Source: Polyangiaceae bacterium
GTDB lineage: Bacteria > Myxococcota_A > Polyangia > Polyangiales > Polyangiaceae
Direction: 5' to 3'
Length of the DNA stretch: 22,494 nucleotides
NCBI GenBank assembly: GCA_044222475.1
Contig: JBGANF010000129.1
Location: forward strand, 1-22,494
Below are positions 15,786-22,494 of the stretch, piece by piece. Made by a program: the position numbers and the translations under genes. The notes below the pieces were generated by a model. The model did not search any database and was not told the origin of the DNA. It saw nothing but the letters and a program-made list of their open reading frames with translations. How positions within the stretch are numbered: position 1 is the first letter of the stretch; every line of letters begins with the position of its first letter.

Positions 15786-17609
15786 TCAGTTCGGCGTCGG
15801 CGGGACGATGACCGTGTTGATCGGCGCCACGTTTCCGCCGGCGGGATACGCGTACGACGAGTAGTAGTCGAGACCCCACACCGTGATTCCGAACGGCTTG
15901 TCGCTGTCGGCGTTGTGCGGTCCGTTGTCGCAGGTGCCGTTCTTCACGCCTTCGCGGATGAGATCGACGTCGGTGTACTCGTAGTCGCCCGTCGAGCCGA
16001 GCGGCTTCCACCCCTTCAGCACGCCGCCGCAGTCGAGCTTCACGTCGGCGAACGAGCCGCCGACCTTGCGACGCGTGAACACGAGGTTCGTCGTCTTGTA
16101 GGTCGGGTCGCTGAAGAAGACGTACTTGGTGAGGTACTGCGCCGGCGCGAGGACGTTGACGTACTCCTCGTCACCGAGGCTGTTGCCGCGGCTCCCGGAG
16201 GTGACGCTGCAGCCGCTCATGACCTGCCCGATGTAGAACGGGTGGTTGTTGTCCTGCGCTTTGACCACGAACGGGAGCGCGGTCTCGAAGTCGACCACTT
16301 GACCGACACCGATCGTCGCCGGAGCGCCCGCGACCGCGGGGCTGTAGGTGAGGTTCGTTCCAGCAACGGCGCCGACGAAGCGGTACCGCACCGACTCCGG
16401 CGCGAGATCCTTGCGGCGCGTCGTGTACGGCGCGACCGCGTACTCGGAGCCGAACGCGGACACCTGCGGAATCTGCTGGTGAGCCGAGTCGCAACCGCCG
16501 CCGCTCGACGTCGCCGAGTTGTAGCAGTCGTAGCCCTGGCCTCCGAAGAACGAGATCGGCTTCGTCGATTGGAAGACCGTGCCGCTCATCTCGTTCGACT
16601 CTTGCCACTGGATGTACTCGCCCGCATTGAGCGTGTAGGTGGCTTGCACGTTCTTCGTCGCTGCCGTGACGCCGGTGCCGGCGGGCAGGTTCACGCTCGG
16701 AAGCACGGTGACGGTCGTTCCGTCCTCGGACGCGACGACCTGTCCCCACTGCGGCGCCGACGTGCCGCGCTGCGGAACGATGCCGAAGTAGTTCGTACCC
16801 CACGCCGTCGTCGGGAAGAGGAGCTCGGCGCTCGGGAGATACGACGCCGCGCCGCCGTACGGCAGGATGTCGTACGCGGTGATCGGGACGTCGCCCACGA
16901 TGTGCCACGCCTTGCCGCGCCCGGTGACGTTCGGGCCGCCGCCCGATCCGGTGAGCGCGCTGCCGTACGTCTGCCGAATCGCCGGCGCGACGGGGCAGGT
17001 CAACGGGTTGCCGCCGTTGATCGATCCCGGATCGTCGGAGAGGAAGAGCACCGCGACCTTGCCGGCGGGGACGCCGGTGCCCGGCACGGTCGCCCACGAG
17101 GTGACCGGCGATCCGCTCGCCGCGATGCGACCGAACTTGGTCACGTCGTACGTCGTGCCGTCGCGGGTGACGGTGAGCTTCACGTCCTTGGGCCAGTTGT
17201 TCGCGACGAACACCGCGAAGCACGGCGGCTTGATGTATGCGTAGAACGACGGCGTCGGCACGACGTAGTCGCAGCCGATGCTGCCCTTGCTGGCGGCGGC
17301 GGCTTGGCACGCCGGGACGCATACGCCGGCTGCGCATCCCTGATCCGGCGGGCACGTCACGGTGACGACGCCGTTCTCGTCGATGACGCTGCGGAGGTCG
17401 CCGCTGCAGCCGAACTTCTTGCCGCCACCGTCGCCGACGTTCACGTCGAGATCGAACGGGTTCGCGTCGTCCACGATCCCGCCGTCGTTGTCTCCTCCGT
17501 CGGTGTTGCCGAAGCCAGAAGGCGTCGACCCGCCGCAGGCGGCGAGCGAGAACGCGGCGGCACCCGCCGCGATGGCGATCGATCCGAAGATGTAGGCTTT
17601 GGTCTTCAT
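15786..17609 (-). CDS. IgGFc-binding-protein N-terminal-domain lipoprotein, paralog B (607 aa)
   Basis: SD GAGGA before ATG 17609; lipobox SLAAC-GG; SIGCDY, SAELLFPTTAWGTNY, VVASEDGTTVTV, TLNAGEYIQW, STKPISFFGG, DSAHQQIP, KYVFFSDPTY, SYAYPAG. It is the 3' part of the 15786..17843 ORF. Confidence 0.88.
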   Translation of the reverse strand: MKTKAYIFGSIAIAAGAAAFSLAACGGSTPSGFGNTDGGDNDGGIVDDANPFDLDVNVGDGGGKKFGCSGDLRSVIDENGVVTVTCPPDQGCAAGVCVPACQAAAASKGSIGCDYVVPTPSFYAYIKPPCFAVFVANNWPKDVKLTVTRDGTTYDVTKFGRIAASGSPVTSWATVPGTGVPAGKVAVLFLSDDPGSINGGNPLTCPVAPAIRQTYGSALTGSGGGPNVTGRGKAWHIVGDVPITAYDILPYGGAASYLPSAELLFPTTAWGTNYFGIVPQRGTSAPQWGQVVASEDGTTVTVLPSVNLPAGTGVTAATKNVQATYTLNAGEYIQWQESNEMSGTVFQSTKPISFFGGQGYDCYNSATSSGGGCDSAHQQIPQVSAFGSEYAVAPYTTRRKDLAPESVRYRFVGAVAGTNLTYSPAVAGAPATIGVGQVVDFETALPFVVKAQDNNHPFYIGQVMSGCSVTSGSRGNSLGDEEYVNVLAPAQYLTKYVFFSDPTYKTTNLVFTRRKVGGSFADVKLDCGGVLKGWKPLGSTGDYEYTDVDLIREGVKNGTCDNGPHNADSDKPFGITVWGLDYYSSYAYPAGGNVAPINTVIVPPTPN

Positions 17610-17617
17610 CGCTTTCC

Positions 17618-19438
17618 TCAGTTCGGCGTGGGGGGCACGATGACGGTGTTGATCGGGGCGACGTTGCCGCCTGCGGGGTATGCGTAGGACGACGCGCTGT
17701 CGAGGCCCCAGACCATGATGGTGAAGGGGTTGGCGCTCTCGGCGGAGTGCGGACCGTTGTCGCACGTTCCGTTCTTGGTACCGCCGCGGATGAGGTCGAC
17801 GTTGGTGTACTCGTAGTCGCCGGTGGTGCCGAGCGGCTTCCATCCGGTGAGGTTGCCGGCGCAGTCGAGCTTCACGTCCTTGAACGAGCCGCCCGCCTTC
17901 ACGCGAGTGAAGACGAGGTTGGTCGTCGGGTAGGTCGGGTCGCTGAAGAAGACGTACTTCGTGAGGAACTGCGACGGCGGCACGAGGTTCACGTACTCCT
18001 CGTCACCGAGGCAGCCACCCGGGGGCCGGCTGCCGGACGTCGTGAAGCACCCGGTCATGATCTGCGCGACGTAGAAGGGATGGTTGATGTCCTGCGACTT
18101 CACGACGAACGGACCCGTCGCCTGGAAGTCGGCGACTTGTCCGACGCCGAGCGTCGTCGGCGCGCCGGCGACCGCGGGGCTGTAGGTGAGGTTCGTCCCG
18201 GCGACCGCACCGACGAAGCGGTAGCGGACGGACTCTTCTTGGAGGTCGAGGCGGCGCGTCGTGTACGGCGCGATCGCGTACTCGCTCGCGAAGGCTGAGA
18301 CCTGCGGGATCTGCTGGTGCGCGGAGTCGCAGCCGCCGCCCGTCGAGGTCGAGGACGTGTAGCAGTCGTACCCTTGGCCACCGAAGAACGAGATCGGCTT
18401 CGTCGATTGGAAGACGGTGCCGCTCATCTCGTTCGACTCTTGCCACTGGATGTACTCGCCCGCGTTGAGCGTGTAGGTGGCTTGCACGTTCTGCGGCGCG
18501 GCAGCGACGTTCGTTCCCGCCGGGAGGTTCACGCTCGGGAGCACCTTCACCTGCGTTCCGTCTTCCGACGCGACGACCTGACCCCACTGCGGGTTCTGCG
18601 TTCCGCGGAGCGGGACGATGCCGAAGTAGTTCGTTCCCCACGCGGTCGTCGGGAAGAGGAGCTCGGCGCTCGGCAAGTACGACTTGGCGCCGCCGTACGG
18701 GAGGATGTCGTACGCGGTGATCGGCGCGTCGGCGACGATGTGCCACGCCTTGCCGCGACCGGTGACCGAAGCGCTGCTGCCCGAGCCGGGGAGCGCGGAG
18801 CCACCGGAGACCGCGATCGCCGGGGTGATCGGGCACGTGAGCGGACCGCCGTTCACCGACGCCGGATCGTGCGACATGAAGAGGACGGCGACCTTGCCCG
18901 GAGGCACGCCGGTGCTGGGAACCGCGGCCCACGTGGTCGCCGCGCCGGGGCCGGCGATGCGGCCGAACTGGGTCACGTTGTAGGTCGTACCATCGCGGGA
19001 CACGGTGAGCTTCACGTCCGACGGCCAGTTGTTCGCGATGAAGACCGCGAAGCACGGCGGCTTGATGAAGGCGTAGAACGACGGCGTCGGGACCACGTAG
19101 TCGCAGCCGATGCTGCCTTTGCTCGCGGCCGCGGCCTGGCATGCGGGGACGCAGATGCCGGCAGCGCACCCTTGGTCGGGCGGGCACGTCGACACGACGT
19201 TGCCGTTCTCGTCGATGACGTTGCGGAGATCGCCGCTGCAGCCGAACTTCTTCCCGCCGCCGTCGACGGTGGCGCTGTCGAAGTCGAACGGGTTGGCGTC
19301 GTCCGTCGGTCCGCCCCCGTCGGTCGGGTTGGGTCCGCCATCGTTCAGGTTGAAACCCGAGGGCGTCGAACCGCCGCAAGCCACCATCCCGATGGCGACG
19401 ACCGAAACTGCACCAAGTGCCAAAGCAAGAGCGCGCAT
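17618..19438 (-). CDS. IgGFc-binding-protein N-terminal-domain lipoprotein, paralog A (606 aa)
   Basis: SD GGAGG before ATG 19438; lipobox GMVAC-GG; colinear with and highly similar to the downstream paralog, including the identical C-terminus SYAYPAGGNVAPINTVIVPPTPN. Confidence 0.9.
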   Translation of the reverse strand: MRALALALGAVSVVAIGMVACGGSTPSGFNLNDGGPNPTDGGGPTDDANPFDFDSATVDGGGKKFGCSGDLRNVIDENGNVVSTCPPDQGCAAGICVPACQAAAASKGSIGCDYVVPTPSFYAFIKPPCFAVFIANNWPSDVKLTVSRDGTTYNVTQFGRIAGPGAATTWAAVPSTGVPPGKVAVLFMSHDPASVNGGPLTCPITPAIAVSGGSALPGSGSSASVTGRGKAWHIVADAPITAYDILPYGGAKSYLPSAELLFPTTAWGTNYFGIVPLRGTQNPQWGQVVASEDGTQVKVLPSVNLPAGTNVAAAPQNVQATYTLNAGEYIQWQESNEMSGTVFQSTKPISFFGGQGYDCYTSSTSTGGGCDSAHQQIPQVSAFASEYAIAPYTTRRLDLQEESVRYRFVGAVAGTNLTYSPAVAGAPTTLGVGQVADFQATGPFVVKSQDINHPFYVAQIMTGCFTTSGSRPPGGCLGDEEYVNLVPPSQFLTKYVFFSDPTYPTTNLVFTRVKAGGSFKDVKLDCAGNLTGWKPLGTTGDYEYTNVDLIRGGTKNGTCDNGPHSAESANPFTIMVWGLDSASSYAYPAGGNVAPINTVIVPPTPN

Positions 19439-19495
19439 GAGACCTCCGCACCAAGGAGTCTAGAGGAGGCCACGCGGCGATGCACGGATGCGGAG

Positions 19496-20383
19496 CTACC
19501 GGTTTGTCCCACCTGTGACCACCATGAAGGCACCGGCGAGGATCGCGATCCCCCCGATCGCGCTGGCGACGGTGAGCTTCTCACCCATCGTCGTGATCGC
19601 GACCACCACCGCGACCAGCGGCTCCAGCAGCGTGAGCGTCGACGCGTGGGCGGCGGGAACGCGGCGCAGGCCCCACACGAAGAAGAGGCCGGCCAACGCG
19701 CCCGGGCCGACCGCCCCGGCGAGGAGCACGACGAACGATCCGCTCGTGAGCGCGCTCCACGACGCGGCCGGGACGAGCGCCGCGAGGACCGCGGTCGAGA
19801 CCACGCCGTGGTACGCCATGAGCTCGCTCCCGGAGAACGCGCCGGCGAGGCGCTTGTTCACGAGCACGTTCGACGCGTAGAAGACGGCGCTCGCCGCCCC
19901 GAGCGCCGCGCCGATGCCGTCCCGCCCACCGAAGGATCCTTCCCACGGCCGAAGAAGAAGCACGAGCCCGGCGAACGACGCGATCGACGCGACGAGCGTT
20001 CGCGGGTGCGCCTTCTCGCCGAGCACGCGCGGAGCGGCGAGCGCGACGAAGAGCGGAGTCAGGTAGTGCGTCGTGACCGCGACACCGACGGTGGTCATGC
20101 GGTAAGCGCCGAAGAAGAAGAGCACGTTGAGCGCGTCGGCGACGCCGAGCCACGCGACGCCGGCCCACTCGCGTCGGGTCGCGCGACGGCCGACGCGATC
20201 GAACCGCACGAGCGGAAACGACACGACCGTCAGCGTCGCGAGCACGATCGTCGACTGCAGCGTGGCGTCGAGCGGGCCGTACGACTCGGCCAGCTTCAGG
20301 ATCTTCGGCCAGAGACCCCACGACGTGGCCGCGGTCGCGACGAGGGCGTAGCCGACCAAGCGTCGCCGAACGTCGGCGCTCAT
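19496..20383 (-). CDS. DMT/EamA-family transporter
   Basis: ATG overlaps the mutS stop (ATGA). About 10 hydrophobic segments; SWGLWP, YLTPLFVALAAPRVLGEK and ASTLTLLEPLVAVVVAITTMGEKLT...GGIAILAG motifs. Confidence 0.92.
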   Translation of the reverse strand: MSADVRRRLVGYALVATAATSWGLWPKILKLAESYGPLDATLQSTIVLATLTVVSFPLVRFDRVGRRATRREWAGVAWLGVADALNVLFFFGAYRMTTVGVAVTTHYLTPLFVALAAPRVLGEKAHPRTLVASIASFAGLVLLLRPWEGSFGGRDGIGAALGAASAVFYASNVLVNKRLAGAFSGSELMAYHGVVSTAVLAALVPAASWSALTSGSFVVLLAGAVGPGALAGLFFVWGLRRVPAAHASTLTLLEPLVAVVVAITTMGEKLTVASAIGGIAILAGAFMVVTGGTNR

Positions 20384-22494
20384 TCGATCTGCTTCTGCAG
20401 GGACGCGAGGAGGGTGAGCGCTTCGAGCGGCGTCATCCGGTTCATGTCGACCTGCTTCAGCGTCTCGAGCACCGGGTGCGGAGCCGTCGCGGGCGCGGCC
20501 GCAGTCTCGCGGAAGAGCTCGAGCTGCGGCTGGCCACGGCGACCCCGCTCCAGATCGACGAGTAGTGCCCGGGCCCGCGCGAGCACCGGCTCCGGGAGAC
20601 CCGCGATCCGCGCGACGGCGACGCCGTAGCTGCGCGACGCCGGACCGCGCTGGAGCTTGTGGAAGAAGACGACGTCCCCCTCGTGCTCGCGCGCGGAGAC
20701 GCTCCAGTTCTCGGCGCCGGCGTGGGTCTGCGCGAGCTCGGTGAGCTCGTGGTAGTGCGTCGCGAAGAGCGCCTTGCATTTCAGTGCATCATGCAAGTAT
20801 TCGGCGACCGCCCACGCGATCGCGAGGCCGTCGTAGGTGCTGGTCCCCCGGCCGATCTCGTCGAGGACCACGAGCGACCGATGCGTCGCACGGCGAAGGA
20901 CGTTGGCCGTCTCCTTCATCTCGACCATGAACGTGCTCTCCCCGCGGGAGAGGTTGTCGCTCGCGCCGACGCGGGTGAGCACCCGGTCCACGACACCGAT
21001 GCGCGCGCGCCGCGCCGGCACGAACGAACCCATCTGCGCGAGCACGACCGACAGGGCGACCTGCCGCATCAACGTCGACTTTCCGGCCATGTTGGGCCCG
21101 GTCACGAGCCAGAGGCGCGACGTGTCCGCGTCGGGCGATGCGTCGAGGACGACGTCGTTGGGGACGAACCGGCCCTCGGCCGCGAGCCGCTCGACGACCG
21201 GGTGTCGCCCGTCCTCGATCTCGATCCGGAGCCCGTCGTCGACGACGGGCCGTGCGTAGTCGCTCTGGTGCGCGAGCTCGGCGAGGGCAGCGGCGACGTC
21301 GAGCTCGGCCAGGCGCTCGGCGACACGACGGAGCCGTTCGGCCTGCGCGGCGACCATGCGCACCGTCTCGGTGAAGAGCTCGGCCTCCCGCGACGCGGCC
21401 CGCTCCTCGGCGTGGGCGACTTTGTCGGCGAGAGCGTCGAGCTCGTCGGTGGTGTAGCGCTCGCCGGTCGAGATCGTCTGCTTGCGGCGCCACGAGCTGG
21501 GCGCCTTCGCCAGGTGCGAGCGCGTCACCTCGATGTACCAGCCGAAGACTCGCGTGAAGCGCAGCTTCAGGCTGCCGATCTGGGTCTCTTCGCGGAGACG
21601 GCCTTCGAGCTCGAGCATCAAGCGCTGACCGTCCCGCTCGAGCATCCTCGACTCGTCGAGGGTGGCGTCGAACCCCTCGCGGATGACGTGCCCCTCGGTG
21701 AGCTTGAGCGCGGGCTCGTCGACCACCCGAGTGGCGAGGAGCGCAGCGAGCTCGGCGCACGGGTCGACGAAGACGCCATCGCTGGCGCCGAGCGCGTCGG
21801 GCGCGCTCGCGTCTGGGCACGCCGCGAGCGCGCCGTCGATCGCCGGGAGCGCAAGGAGCGAGTCGCGCAAGGCGGACAGATCGCGGGGCATCGCGCGCCC
21901 GACGAGGGCCTTCGTCGCGAGACGTTCGATGTCGCGGATGGACCTCAGCCGCTCACGGATCTCGCGGCGCAGTCCGGGCTGAGTCACGAACAGCTCGACC
22001 GCGTCGAGGCGACGACGAATCTCCGCGACGTTCGTCTTGGGCGCAAGGAGCCTTCGCCTCAACAGGCGCGCGCCCGGGGCGGTCTCGGTGCGATCGATCT
22101 GTGCGAGGAGCGAGCCGCGCTCCTCGCCGCTCAGCGTGCGCACCAGCTCGAGGTGCGCCTGCGTGCTCTCGTCGATCAGGAGCGTGTCCGAGGGTGCGTA
22201 GGCGACGATCCGCGACACCGCCGGCGCGCGGCCGCCCTCGCACGACCGCGCGTACTCGAGGAGCTGCGCCGCCGCCCGCAGCGCGAGACCCGTCGCGCCC
22301 GAGCGTTTGCTCTCGCCGGCCGAGAAGATCGCGTCGATCGTGCCGCGCGCGTGCACCTCGGTCAAAGGCGCCACCGGGCGGATCGCGGTGCGCGGTCGCG
22401 TGCTGCGGAGTGACGCGAGCGCTGCCGATGCCTCCTCCGTCGCGAGCACCTCGGCCGGATCGAGGCGGACGATCTCGGCCGCTGCCGTGGGACC
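20380..22494 (-). CDS. mutS: DNA mismatch repair protein MutS; 5' end outside the window
   Basis: LIDESTQAHLEL, GARLLRR, DIERL, GRHPVVE, FVPND, Walker A TGPNMAGKST, GESTFMVEM, LDEIGRGTSTYDG, FATHYHELT, SYGVAVA, clamp-binding-like QLELF and MTPLEAL. Frame stays open to the window edge. Confidence 0.98.
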   Translation of the reverse strand, partial: GPTAAAEIVRLDPAEVLATEEASAALASLRSTRPRTAIRPVAPLTEVHARGTIDAIFSAGESKRSGATGLALRAAAQLLEYARSCEGGRAPAVSRIVAYAPSDTLLIDESTQAHLELVRTLSGEERGSLLAQIDRTETAPGARLLRRRLLAPKTNVAEIRRRLDAVELFVTQPGLRREIRERLRSIRDIERLATKALVGRAMPRDLSALRDSLLALPAIDGALAACPDASAPDALGASDGVFVDPCAELAALLATRVVDEPALKLTEGHVIREGFDATLDESRMLERDGQRLMLELEGRLREETQIGSLKLRFTRVFGWYIEVTRSHLAKAPSSWRRKQTISTGERYTTDELDALADKVAHAEERAASREAELFTETVRMVAAQAERLRRVAERLAELDVAAALAELAHQSDYARPVVDDGLRIEIEDGRHPVVERLAAEGRFVPNDVVLDASPDADTSRLWLVTGPNMAGKSTLMRQVALSVVLAQMGSFVPARRARIGVVDRVLTRVGASDNLSRGESTFMVEMKETANVLRRATHRSLVVLDEIGRGTSTYDGLAIAWAVAEYLHDALKCKALFATHYHELTELAQTHAGAENWSVSAREHEGDVVFFHKLQRGPASRSYGVAVARIAGLPEPVLARARALLVDLERGRRGQPQLELFRETAAAPATAPHPVLETLKQVDMNRMTPLEALTLLASLQKQIE

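Noticed and set aside
17610..17843. Possible frameshift fusion of the two IgGFc paralogs
   Set aside because: The downstream gene has its own SD, ATG and lipoprotein signal peptide, and both proteins end in the same complete C-terminus.

Overview
High-GC, gene-dense window. The repertoire of Hanks kinases, Cys-rich lipoproteins with DGG linkers and IgGFc-binding proteins suggests a myxobacterium of the Polyangiaceae/Labilithrix type (inference). In order: 3' end of a Fis-HTH regulator; a three-hairpin REP-like element; two lipoproteins (Cys-rich, beta-helix); a membrane Ser/Thr kinase and a TPR-like exported protein; a stand-alone gcvP; a DUF6438-like lipoprotein; a minus-strand overlapping run of Xre/MbcA antitoxin, RES toxin and a two-gene split vitamin-K-dependent carboxylase (HTTM)-like pair; divergently, a cytoplasmic Ser/Thr kinase-macrodomain fusion coupled to a rhodanese/carbonic-anhydrase-like fusion; an orphan NosB-like gene coupled to a degenerate FGE-sulfatase-like lipoprotein; two tandem IgGFc-binding lipoprotein paralogs; an EamA transporter; and the 3' part of mutS. 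The best novel-system candidate is the RES toxin-antitoxin head-to-head with a kinase-macrodomain, a possible ADP-ribose(-1''-phosphate) sensing circuit. The second is the split GGCX-like pair. All family calls come from motif recognition by eye; no database searches were run.
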